From: Alphaproteobacteria bacterium
Lineage (GTDB): Bacteria; Pseudomonadota; Alphaproteobacteria; Bin95
Reading direction: 5' to 3'
Length of the DNA: 64,000 nucleotides
NCBI GenBank assembly: GCA_965205265.1
Contig: CBDBGH010000003.1
Span: 4,000,001 to 4,064,000 of the forward strand
Under the pieces are notes generated by a model. That model did no database searches and had not been told where the DNA came from. It was given only the letters and a program-made list of their open reading frames with translations. Below are positions 38,342 to 48,004 of the stretch, in pieces; position 1 is the stretch's first letter, and each line of letters opens with the position of its first letter. The position numbers and the translations under genes are program-made.

Positions 38342-39772
38342 ATGAGCAGCGAGACCACCGTCATCCGCAATGCGGCCTGGATCGCCGCCTGGGACGGCAG
38401 CGGGCACCGCTATCTGCGGGACGGGGACATCGCCTTTGCGGGCGACAGCATCGTCCAGGTGGGCGGGCGCTACGAAGGCGCGGCCGACCGGGTCGTGGAC
38501 GGTTCGCGCCGCTTCGCCATGCCGGGCCTCGTCAACCTGCATTCGCACCCCCACACCGAGCCCGCCTACAAGGGCGTGCGCGAGGACCACGGCGTGCCCG
38601 AGATGTACGACACCGGGCTCTATGAGCGCATGTGCGCCTTCACCCTCGATGCGGCCGGCCGCCGGGCGGGGATGGAGATGGCCTATGCCGAACTGCTGCT
38701 CTCCGGCGTCACCACCGCGGTCGATCTTTCGGGCCCGGTGGAAGGGTGGCTCGATTGCGCGGGACGGAGCGGGCTGCGGTTCTATATCGGCCCCTATTTC
38801 GCCGACGCCCGCTGGAAGATAGACGACCGCCGCCGCCTTCGCTTCGAGTGGGACGAGGCCGCGGGGCGGCGGTCCTTCGAGGCGGCGGTCCGCGTCATGG
38901 AGGAGGCGGAGCGGCATCCGGGCGGCCGGCTTCGCGGCATGGTCTTCCCGGGCCAGATCGAGACCTGCACCGAATCGACCCTGCGCGACGCGGCCGCCTT
39001 TGCGCGCCAGACCGGGCGTCCGCTCACCACCCACATTTCGCAGTCGAAGGTGGAGTTCCACGAGATCGTGCGCCGGCACGGCAAGACGCCGCTCGAATAT
39101 GCCGCCGACATCGGCTTCCTCGGCCCCGACGCCATTCTGGGACACGCCATCTTCATCGACGAGCATCCGGACATCCGCTGGCGCGGCGGTGCCGATCTCG
39201 GCCGCCTCGCCGATTCAGGGGCGTCGGTGGCGCATTGCCCCTCGCCCTTCGCGCGCTACGGCCAGGCGATGGACCATTTCGGGCGCTACCGGGCGTGCGG
39301 GGTCAATGTCGGGCTCGGCACCGACGTCGCCCCGCACAATCTCGCCGAGGAGATGCGGCTCGCCATCCTGCTGGCCCGCGTGATGGCGGCCGACTACCGC
39401 GCGGTGGATACGGCGGAGATGTTCCGCGCCGCCACGGTGGGCGGGGCGGATGCGCTCGGGCGCGCCGATCTCGGCAGGCTCGCGCCGGGTGCGAAGGCGG
39501 ACATCGTGCTGCTCGATCTCGACCATCCCGCCATGCGCCCGGCGCGCGACCCGCTGCGCACCTTCCTGTTCGAGGCGGCGGACCGGGCGGTCCGCGAGGT
39601 CTTCGTGGACGGCCGGCCCGCGGTCGAGGACGGCAAGCCGCTCCATCTCGACCCGGAAGGCGCCGCGGCGCAGCTCGAGGAGTCGCAGGCGCGGATGCTC
39701 GCGGAGGCGCCCGCGCGCGACTTCCTGGGCCGCGCGGGTGACGACATCGCGCCCCATTCGCTTCCCCTCTGA
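38342..39772 (+). CDS. Amidohydrolase (chlorohydrolase/deaminase-like)
   Basis: PGLVNLHSH, ILGHAI, VAHCP, GLGTD, GAKADIVL. Confidence 0.9.
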   Translation: MSSETTVIRNAAWIAAWDGSGHRYLRDGDIAFAGDSIVQVGGRYEGAADRVVDGSRRFAMPGLVNLHSHPHTEPAYKGVREDHGVPEMYDTGLYERMCAFTLDAAGRRAGMEMAYAELLLSGVTTAVDLSGPVEGWLDCAGRSGLRFYIGPYFADARWKIDDRRRLRFEWDEAAGRRSFEAAVRVMEEAERHPGGRLRGMVFPGQIETCTESTLRDAAAFARQTGRPLTTHISQSKVEFHEIVRRHGKTPLEYAADIGFLGPDAILGHAIFIDEHPDIRWRGGADLGRLADSGASVAHCPSPFARYGQAMDHFGRYRACGVNVGLGTDVAPHNLAEEMRLAILLARVMAADYRAVDTAEMFRAATVGGADALGRADLGRLAPGAKADIVLLDLDHPAMRPARDPLRTFLFEAADRAVREVFVDGRPAVEDGKPLHLDPEGAAAQLEESQARMLAEAPARDFLGRAGDDIAPHSLPL

Positions 39773-39796
39773 GCCGCTAGCAGCAGGACCGCCGCC

Positions 39797-40894
39797 ATGC
39801 CGACACCGCGCCCCAACCTCTCCATCGACGCCGAACGCCTCCGGGCCGCGCTCGACCGCTCCTCCGAGATCGGCGCCGGTCCCCGGGGCGGGCTGCGGCG
39901 CCTCGCGCTCTCCGACAGCGACGGGGAGATGCGCGACCAATTCGTGGATTGGTGCAAGGCCGCCGGCTGCCGGGTGACGGTGGACGCCGCGGGCAGCATC
40001 TTCGCCCGGCGCGCGGGCCGGGAGGACGGCCTGCCGCCGGTCATGATCGGCAGCCATCTCGACAGCCAGGCGTCGGGCGGACGCTTCGACGGGGTGCTGG
40101 GCGTGCTCGCCGGGCTGGAGGTCCTGCGCACGCTCGAGGACAACGGCATCGTCACGAAGCGGCCCGTCGAGGTCGTCAACTGGACCAATGAGGAGGGCGC
40201 GCGCTTCGCCCCGCCCATGGCCGCATCGCGGGTCTTCGCGGGCCTCGCGACCGTGGAGTGGCTGCACGACCTGACCGACGATGACGGCATGCGCTATGGC
40301 GACGAGCTCCGGCGGATCGGCTATCTGGGCGAAGCGCCGGTCGGGGGCCGCGAACTCGATTCCTATTTCGAGCTGCATATCGAGCAGGACTCCCTGCTGG
40401 AGGAAGCGGGCGTGTCGGTCGGCGTGGTGACTGGCGGCTATGCGAGCCATGCGCTCAACTGCGTCTTCCGCGGCGAGTGCGCCCATACCGGGCCGACAGA
40501 GATGAAGAAACGCCGGAATGCGATGATGGGCGCGGCCTATTTCCTCGCCGCCGTCAACGACATCGGCTGGGAGTACGAACCCGTGGGGCGCACCTCCGCC
40601 TCGCGGATGCAGATCTGGCCGAACCGCTTCGGCATCCTGCCGGAATACGCCGAGGTGACCGTGGACATGCGCCACACGGACCGCGCGGTGACCGACGAGA
40701 TGGTGGAGAAGACGCGCGCGGCGCTGGCGCGAGCCGCCGGGAGGGCGCAGGTCGAGGCTGAGGTCACCGCCGAGTGGACCTTCGGCGACGAGGCGTTCGA
40801 CCCCGAATGCACCGGCCTCGTGCGGCGGGCGGCCGAAGCGCGCGGCACCGCCTGCATGGACATGCGCAGCATCGCCGGCCACGACGCCTATTAC
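39797..40894 (+). pseudogene. N-carbamoyl-amino acid amidohydrolase (M20/hydantoinase-carbamoylase family), 5' part, interrupted
   Basis: GSHLDS, GRFDG, NEEGARF, ELHIEQ, AGHDAYY then abrupt junction at ATTAC. Confidence 0.92.
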
Positions 40895-41286
40895 CCGAAA
40901 TACGACAGAAGCTGGTTGCGGAGGTAGCACCGGTTCACATTGAGCGTTCCGGGTTTCCAGACATGCGCGTATCGCTCGAACACGGCCTCGGCTACGACCT
41001 CGAAGAGCATCTCCTCCGGCCGCACGGGTGCAGTCTCGCCCTTTCGGATTGCAGCGAGCGTCTCGATTGCATGGGACTTCGCCTCGGCGACGTTCGTGTT
41101 GGCGGCGTTGCCGATGAGTTTCCAGATGCGCTCGCCGCGATGCTGGCTCTGGATGAAAAAGCGTTTCCCGCCTGCGGGCAGGATGCGCACACCGAAGCCC
41201 CTGAGCCTGGCGTCCCGAACGTCATAGGCGGTCTTGCGCGGCCGCAACGCCTTGACGAGCGCGTCGGTTAGAGCGATCTTGGGCAT
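40891..41286 (-). pseudogene. Truncated tyrosine integrase (arm-DNA-binding N-terminal domain)
   Basis: LTDALVKALRP...VRDARLRGFGVRILPAGGKRF; stop codon is supplied by the unit/host junction; no catalytic domain. Confidence 0.82.
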
Positions 41287-41457
41287 GGTCTTCTCCCGGT
41301 TCCAGTGGCAATCGGGGAGCCGGAAGCTTCAACTCTGGCTCCGTGATCGCTACGTTTTCGGGAGATAAAACGACGCTATTTCAAATAGTTAGCACCGAAG
41401 GTGCGCTGTTGCGGTGTGACGATTTGGAATAGAGTCTCCCCAATCTACGGAGAGAAT

Positions 41458-43716
41458 TTGCCCCACTACGCACATAGCAGCGATCGGGACGAGTCGGAGT
41501 GGCATTCGCTGCGCGAGCATCTGATCGAAACCGGCGCACGAGCGTCCGGATTTCTCGAACCTGTGGGCTGTGGAGAGCTGGCGCAAACAGCCGGGCTCTT
41601 GCACGACCTCGGGAAATACAGCCGAGAATTTCAAGCACGACTGCGCGGCGGCCCTCCTTGCGACCATTCGACCGCGGGCGCCAGGGTTGCAATCGAAAGA
41701 TACGGAAATAGCGACGCGCGCAGAGCATCGCCCGGAAAGATGCTCGCCTTTGCAATTGCGGGTCACCATGCAGGCTTAGCCGATGGCGTAAACGGAACGG
41801 AGCCTCGGGCGCTGGCCGACCGACTGCAAGCCGTCATTCCGGAAATAGCCCCGGTATGGCAGCAGGACCTGAGCCTTCCCCAGCTTGCGCCGCCTCCGTT
41901 GAAACCGCGCGACAGGGAAATGGCCGGTTTCTGTGCGGCTTTCGCGACCCGCATGCTCTTCTCGGCGCTCGTGGACGCCGACTTTCTCGACACCGAAGCC
42001 TGGTATGCCGGTTGCGAAGGCCATCCGGCTTTACGTGGACATCATCCTCCGCTTGCCGGGCTTCTGGATCGTCTGGATGCCTATCTCAATGCGTTGATGG
42101 CGAGTGCTGACGATACCGAAGTTAACCGGGTGCGCTGTAGGGTTCTGGAGCGGGCCCGTGCGAAGGCGGCCGAAGCGCCGGGACTGTTCACCTTCACTGT
42201 GCCCACGGGCGGAGGAAAGACGCTTTCGTCGCTGGCCTTCGCCCTTGAGCATGCTGTGCGCCATGATCTGGCGCGTGTGATCTACGTCATTCCCTATACG
42301 AGCATCATCGACCAGACAACCCGCGTGTTCCGAGAAGCACTCGGAGCGGGAGACGGGGACCTGGCCGATTTTGTCGTCGAACATCACAGTGCTTTCGACG
42401 AAGAACGGGCCCGGAACCGGGAGGCCCGGGACAAGCTGCGGCTCGCCATGGAAAATTGGGATGCGCCGATAGTTGTCACCACCGCAGTCCAGTTCTTCGA
42501 GAGCCTGTTCTCCAACAGACCTTCCCGCTGCCGCAAGCTGCACAACATTGCGAACAGCATCGTCATCCTCGACGAAGCGCAGACTCTGCCCTTGGCATTG
42601 CTGCGGCCTTGCGTTGCCGCGCTCGATGAGCTTGTCCGGAACTGGAAGGCGAGCATCGTGCTGTGTACGGCCACCCAGCCGGCGCTCGCGGCGACGGACG
42701 GTTTCGTTGGTGGATTGACGGGATTGAGGGAGATTGCACCTGAACCGGCCGATCTGCATCGGCGTCTGCAACGCACCCGGATACGCCAGGAGGGAATGGT
42801 AACGGACGTGGAACTGGGCGAAAGGTTGTGCGCCGTGCCGCAATCGCTTTGCATCCTGAACACGCGCCGGCATGCGCGCGAACTCTTCGAAATGATCCGT
42901 CAGGCAACCGGAAGTGTTCATCTGAGCACCTTGATGTGCGCGGCGCACCGGGGCGAGGTGCTGCAAACAGTCCGCCACCGCCTTGCCGAAGGCGAAGCGG
43001 TGCGCCTGGTCGCCACGTCCCTGATCGAGGCGGGCGTCGATGTGGATTTTCCGGTTGTCTGGCGTGCAGAAGCCGGCCTCGAATCGATCGTGCAGGCTGC
43101 GGGTCGATGCAATCGGGAAGGCAAGGCGGCGCTGGGCGATGTCTTCGTGTTCGAGCCTGCAGAATCCGAGGGGCGGCGGCCTCCCGGCGACGTGTCCAAG
43201 CGAGCCGATGCCGCACGCCGTGTCATGCGGCATCGCGACGACCCGGCGATGCCGGAGGCGGTCCGCTCGTATTTTCAGGACGTGTACTGGATCGAAGGCG
43301 GTGGACTGGATCGGAAAGACATTCTCCGCGCTTTTCGTGAGCGCGCGAGGAGTTTCGATTTTCCCTTCGCAACCGTGGCCAGGGACTTCCGCATGATCGA
43401 AACGGGTATGGTCCCGATCATCGTTCCTTGCCGTTATGGCGCGCAATCACCGCCTAGGCTTCGAAGAGGAGACTGCCCCAGTGAGCCTGAATCCCGAGGA
43501 GAGAAACCCGGCCTACCGGCTCGGGCGCTTGTTTGCCGTTTACGAAGGGCTGCAGCGCTCAGCCCTCGGGAGCATCAACGCGACAATCAAGGATCGTTAT
43601 TTCGGGGCGGCATCGGCGACGCCGGCATCGGTTTTTCCCTTGCTGGAGCGGAATTCCGCTCATCATCTGTCCTCGTTGCGCAAGGGCGGCAAGGGCGGTC
43701 TTGCACATTGGTTTGA
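41458..43716 (+). pseudogene. cas3: Type I-C Cas3 (HD nuclease-helicase); native sequence ends at about 43430, followed by an out-of-frame tail
   Basis: HYAHS, LLHDLGK, GHHAGL, DADFLD, PTGGGKT, DEAQ, QAAGRCNR; TTG start after GGAGAG. Confidence 0.88.
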
Positions 43717-43891
43717 CGCCGAGATCGACGCCATTCTCTCGGGAGTCGATACGGCGTTCCCGCGCAGCTTCGGGATTGAAGACCAGGGACGGTTCGCTCT
43801 CGGCTACCACCATCAACGAGCGCAGAAGCAGCGCAATGCCGATCCTCAGGACGATTACCCCGAAAACCGCACCGAAGCGGAGGACCGATAA
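43481..43891 (+). CDS. cas8c: C-terminal remnant of cas8c, equal to the Cas11 small-subunit reading frame
   Basis: VSLNPEERNPAYRLGRLFAVYE...IKDRYFGAASATP...QGRFALGYHHQ; internal RBS GAGGAG 43466-71 and GTG 43481. Confidence 0.8.
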   Translation: MSLNPEERNPAYRLGRLFAVYEGLQRSALGSINATIKDRYFGAASATPASVFPLLERNSAHHLSSLRKGGKGGLAHWFDAEIDAILSGVDTAFPRSFGIEDQGRFALGYHHQRAQKQRNADPQDDYPENRTEAEDR

Positions 43892-44827
43892 GTGACTGCC
43901 ATCGAGAACCGTTACGATTTCGTCTATCTGTTCGACGTCGCCAACGGCAATCCGAACGGCGATCCGGATGCCGGCAATCTGCCTCGCCTCGATCCGGAGA
44001 CCAATCAGGGACTGGTCTCCGACGTTTCGCTGAAACGCAAGGTGCGCAACTACGTCGCTCTGGCGAAAGGGAACGAGGCAGGGCACGAAATTTTCGTCTC
44101 GGAGCGCGCCATCCTCGAACTCAAGCAAAAGCGCGCCTGGGACGCGGTGATTCCAGAAGCGACCGACAAGGACCGCGAGCGGCTGCCCAAGGACGAACGG
44201 AAGGCGCGCGAATTGACTCGCTGGATGTGCGCCAATTTCTTCGATATCCGGGCATTCGGGGCGGTCATGTCGACGAAGGGTGCCAATTGCGGCCAGGTCC
44301 GCGGCCCGGTGCAGTTCGCCTTTGCCCGTTCGATCGAACCGATCCTGCCCCTGGAGATATCCATCACCCGGATGGCGACCACCACGGCTGCCGATGCCGA
44401 CCGGCAAGGCGATATCCGCACGATGGGCCGCAAGCATATCGTGCCCTACGGCCTCTTTCGCGCTCATGGTTATGTTTCCGCCTGTCTGGCCGGAGACGGC
44501 GGCAAGGGTACCGGGTTCTCCGAGGACGATCTCGAACTGCTTTGGGAAGCGCTGGAGCGGATGTTCGACCACGACCGGTCGGCAGCCCGCGGCGAAATGG
44601 CGGCGCGGCGCCTGATTATCTTCCGCCACGAGAGCAAGCTCGGTAACGCGCCGGCTCACAGGCTGTTCGACCGGGTATCGGTGAAACGCGTTCATGACGG
44701 CGAAGAATACGAGCCGGGAGATCGGAGGACGCATAACCTGCCGCCCGCGCGGGCCTGGAGCGACTATGCCGTGCAGGTCGACGCTGGTGACATGCCTGCA
44801 GGAGTGGAGATCGTCGAGAGAATTTGA
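43892..44827 (+). CDS. cas7: Cas7c (Csd2)
   Basis: NRYDFVYLFDVANGNPNGDPDAGNLPR, VRGPVQF, HDRSAARG. Confidence 0.96.
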   Translation: MTAIENRYDFVYLFDVANGNPNGDPDAGNLPRLDPETNQGLVSDVSLKRKVRNYVALAKGNEAGHEIFVSERAILELKQKRAWDAVIPEATDKDRERLPKDERKARELTRWMCANFFDIRAFGAVMSTKGANCGQVRGPVQFAFARSIEPILPLEISITRMATTTAADADRQGDIRTMGRKHIVPYGLFRAHGYVSACLAGDGGKGTGFSEDDLELLWEALERMFDHDRSAARGEMAARRLIIFRHESKLGNAPAHRLFDRVSVKRVHDGEEYEPGDRRTHNLPPARAWSDYAVQVDAGDMPAGVEIVERI

Positions 44828-44830
44828 TCG

Positions 44831-45475
44831 ATGATGACGTCCCTCGATTTACCGATGGTTGCCGAGGACGACCTTGTTCCGATCTCGGCGCTCCAGCATA
44901 TGCTCTACTGTCCCAGGCAGTGCGCACTGATCCATGTCGAACGACATTGGCAAGAGAATGCCTATACAGCCGAAGGGCGCGTCCTGCATCGGCGGGTCGA
45001 TACCGGCGGCGGCGAGCAACGCAAGAGCATTCGGATAGAGCGCAGCGTGGCGCTGCGCTCGTTGCGCCTTGGCCTGTTCGGCATCGCCGATATTGTCGAG
45101 ATACATGCTGGTGGTACGCCTTATCCGATCGAATACAAGCGCGGGCGCCCGAAGGCGCACCGGGCCGACGAGGCGCAACTGTGCGCCCAGGCCCTCTGTC
45201 TGGAGGAGATGCTGGAAAGGTCGGTTGCGGAGGGCGCCCTGTTCTACGGCGCGGAGCGACGGCGAACGACAGTCTGCTTCAACGGCGAATTGCGGGCGCT
45301 TACCGAACGACTGGCCTCCGACACGCGCCGCATGATCGCGGCAAGCGAATTGCCCGATGCGGAATACAGTCTCAAGAAATGCACCGCATGTTCGCTGCAG
45401 GACGTGTGCCAGCCCCTACGCCCCCGCAAGCCGGGCAACGTGGATCTATGGCTGGCCCGGGCACTGGAAGAGTAG
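44831..45475 (+). CDS. cas4: Cas4
   Basis: ISALQHMLYCPRQ, GIADIVE, PIEYKRG, QLCAQALCLEEM, C-terminal CxxCS...C. Confidence 0.95.
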   Translation: MMTSLDLPMVAEDDLVPISALQHMLYCPRQCALIHVERHWQENAYTAEGRVLHRRVDTGGGEQRKSIRIERSVALRSLRLGLFGIADIVEIHAGGTPYPIEYKRGRPKAHRADEAQLCAQALCLEEMLERSVAEGALFYGAERRRTTVCFNGELRALTERLASDTRRMIAASELPDAEYSLKKCTACSLQDVCQPLRPRKPGNVDLWLARALEE

Positions 45476-45479
45476 TCCG

Positions 45480-46526
45480 CTGACCGTACGCCGTCACCTG
45501 AATACGCTCTACGTCTCTACCGAGAACGCCTGGCTCCGAAAGGACGGCGAGAATGTCGTCATCAGCATCGAAGACGCCGAACGCGGTCGTGCGCCCCTGC
45601 ACCTGTTGGGCGGCATCGTCTGCTTCGGAGCCGTCGGAGTGTCTCCGGCGTTGATGGGGCATTGCGCCGAACTGGGCGTGAAAATCTCGTTCATGGGCCG
45701 TAACGGCCGGTTCCTCGCCCGGGTCGAAGGACCCGTTTCCGGCAATGTGCTGTTGAGGCGGGCCCAGTATCGCATTGCGGACGACCCCGAAGCTGTCCTC
45801 GCCCTGGCGCGCAATCTGGTTGTCGGTAAGGTCTCGAACCAGCGCACCGTGCTTCACCGTGCGCTCCGGGACCATGCGGCGCGAATGACTCAAGAAGCGC
45901 AAAGCCGTCTGGAAGAGACCGCGCGCCGCCTGAAGGACGTTGTCCGCCGCGCCGTCCGCCCGGACTCGGCAGACGGTCTGCGCGGCCTCGAAGGAGAAGC
46001 TGCCCGTCTGTACTACGGGACTTTCGAATACCTCGTCAGGCGCGATGACACTGTGTTTGCTTTCCCGCGACGGTCCCGCCGTCCGCCGCTCGACCCCATG
46101 AACGCGCTGCTCTCGTTTCTGTATGCCCTTTTGGCGAACGACTGCCGCTCGACGCTGGAAACTACGGGATTGGACCCCGCGGTAGGATTTCTGCATCGGG
46201 AACGTCCCGGCCGTCCGAGCCTGGCTCTCGATCTCATGGAGGAGTTGCGTCCCGTCCTGGCGGACAGGGTAGCCCTGTCTCTGGTTAACCGTCGTCAACT
46301 GGGCTCGGCCGATTTCGAAACGGCGGTGAGTGGCGCTGTCTCCCTGTCGGATGACGCGCGCAAGGCTGTACTGACCGCCTACCAGGAGCGCAAGAGAACC
46401 GAACTGACGCACCCCTTCCTCAAGGAGAAGACAACCTTGGGTCTGACACCATTTATCCAGGCAACCCTGCTTGCCCGGCGATTGAGAGGCGATCTGGATG
46501 GCTATCCGCCGTTCGTCTGGAGGTAG
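45480..46526 (+). CDS. cas1: Type I-C Cas1 (non-canonical start)
   Basis: RRHLNTLYV, GNVLLRRAQY, LRGLEGEAA, RPPLDPMNALLSF, SLALDLMEELR, YPPFVWR. Confidence 0.93.
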   Translation: MTVRRHLNTLYVSTENAWLRKDGENVVISIEDAERGRAPLHLLGGIVCFGAVGVSPALMGHCAELGVKISFMGRNGRFLARVEGPVSGNVLLRRAQYRIADDPEAVLALARNLVVGKVSNQRTVLHRALRDHAARMTQEAQSRLEETARRLKDVVRRAVRPDSADGLRGLEGEAARLYYGTFEYLVRRDDTVFAFPRRSRRPPLDPMNALLSFLYALLANDCRSTLETTGLDPAVGFLHRERPGRPSLALDLMEELRPVLADRVALSLVNRRQLGSADFETAVSGAVSLSDDARKAVLTAYQERKRTELTHPFLKEKTTLGLTPFIQATLLARRLRGDLDGYPPFVWR

Positions 46527-46534
46527 GAACAGCA

Positions 46535-46825
46535 ATGCTGATGCTGGTCACCTATGATGTCGCGACCGGCGACGCGGCCGGCCGCCGCCGCCTCCGGCGT
46601 GTGGCGCGGCTCTGTCAGGACTTTGGACAACGGGTGCAGTATTCCGTGTTCGAGTGCCAGGTCGATGCCGCGCAGTGGACGGCGCTTCGGGCCCGGTTAC
46701 TCTCGGAGATAGACGAAAAAGCGGATAGTCTGCGCTTCTATCGGCTGGGCGCCAACTGGCGCGGGCGCGTCGAGCATATCGGCGCAAAGAACTCGTACGA
46801 TCCAGACGGCCCGATGATTTTCTGA
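46535..46825 (+). CDS. cas2: Cas2
   Basis: MLMLVTYDV, GQRVQYSVFEC, DSLRFY. Confidence 0.96.
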   Translation: MLMLVTYDVATGDAAGRRRLRRVARLCQDFGQRVQYSVFECQVDAAQWTALRARLLSEIDEKADSLRFYRLGANWRGRVEHIGAKNSYDPDGPMIF

Positions 46826-47012
46826 CACCATGCAGCGCGAACCCCAAGCGAGCGTGAATTCCTCGGCGGGTTCGCGTTCGCCGCAACGTGTTGATTTCAT
46901 GCTACAGTTAGAAGCAGGCTTCAAGTGGAATCCAACCGTGCCCAGCCTTGGAACTCAGGTTCGCGGAAATGCTCGAATTCCGTGTTGTTTGACAACAGTA
47001 TAGATTGGCGAG
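46826..47012 (+). promoter_or_regulatory. CRISPR leader
   Basis: Between cas2 and repeat 1; CGCGAACC...GGTTCGCG inverted motifs typical of I-C leaders; AT-rich patches. Confidence 0.8.
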
Positions 47013-47572
47013 GTCGCCCCCCGCGCGGGGGGCGCGGATTGAAACGGGTCCGACCCGCCCCTTGACCGGCGGGGCCTGGTCGCCCCCCGCGCGGGGGGCG
47101 CGGATTGAAACAGAAAACAGGACGGGCGGGACGCCCATCGCCGCCGTCGCCCCCCGCGCGGGGGGCGCGGATTGAAACGCGTAGCGCATGACATCGGCGG
47201 AAATCGTGCCGGTCGCCCCCCGCGCGGGGGGCGCGGATTGAAACCGTACACCGCTGAATTCGTGGCGAGCGCGATCTCGTCGCCCCCCGCGCGGGGGGCG
47301 CGGATTGAAACTCGCGGTATGACTCTCGAATTCGCGATGCAGATAGTCGCCCCCCGCGCGGGGGGCGCGGATTGAAACTGAAAGCATTCGGGATCGCTGA
47401 CGGCTTTGTGACGTCGCCCCCCGCGCGGGGGGCGCGGATTGAAACCCTTATTCAATCAGTGCGCACCGAGGGCGTCAAGTCGCCCCCCGCGCGGGGGTGC
47501 ACGTCCTGATTTTGCGAGGTTGAGAAATGCCATGGTTTCGCCACGATATCTGTTTCTTATATTTGGGGACAG

Positions 47573-48004
47573 ATGGAGGCGGACATGGCCAGGACCGATC
47601 ACGACGGCCTCGTCGAACAGCGTGGCGAGCTGCTGCGGGAGATTGCGGGCATCGGCGACCTCCGTCAGGGTTCGCTCAGGGCACAGTACCGCAAGTGCGG
47701 CAAACCGAACTGCCATTGCGCGGTCGAGGGGGCGCAGGGGCATGGCCCCTACTGGTTGTTGACTTGGCCGGACAGGGAGACAGGGAAGTCCCGCGGCCGC
47801 ACCGTTCCCGCCGACGCCATTGAGGGAACGCGGGCGCAGATCGCGGAATACCAGCGGCTTCGCGGTCTGGTGCGCGCGCTTGTCGAGGTCAGCGGCCGGA
47901 TATGCGATGCCAGGCTGGACGCGGACAAGCCGGCCGCGCCGGGAAAAAGGGGGGTCTCGACGCAGCGATCGCGGAGGAGGTCGAGGCCGAGGTCGAGTGG
48001 CTGA
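47573..48004 (+). CDS. IS ORF1 (DUF6788-like Zn-binding protein)
   Basis: GSLRAQYRKCGKPNCHC...HGPYW. Confidence 0.8.
   Translation: MEADMARTDHDGLVEQRGELLREIAGIGDLRQGSLRAQYRKCGKPNCHCAVEGAQGHGPYWLLTWPDRETGKSRGRTVPADAIEGTRAQIAEYQRLRGLVRALVEVSGRICDARLDADKPAAPGKRGVSTQRSRRRSRPRSSG

Noticed and set aside
41401-43716. 771-aa Cas3 as an intact protein or a Cas3-Cas8 fusion
   Set aside because: The last ~95 aa are an out-of-frame read of cas8c DNA; the Cas8c/Cas11 frame is different.
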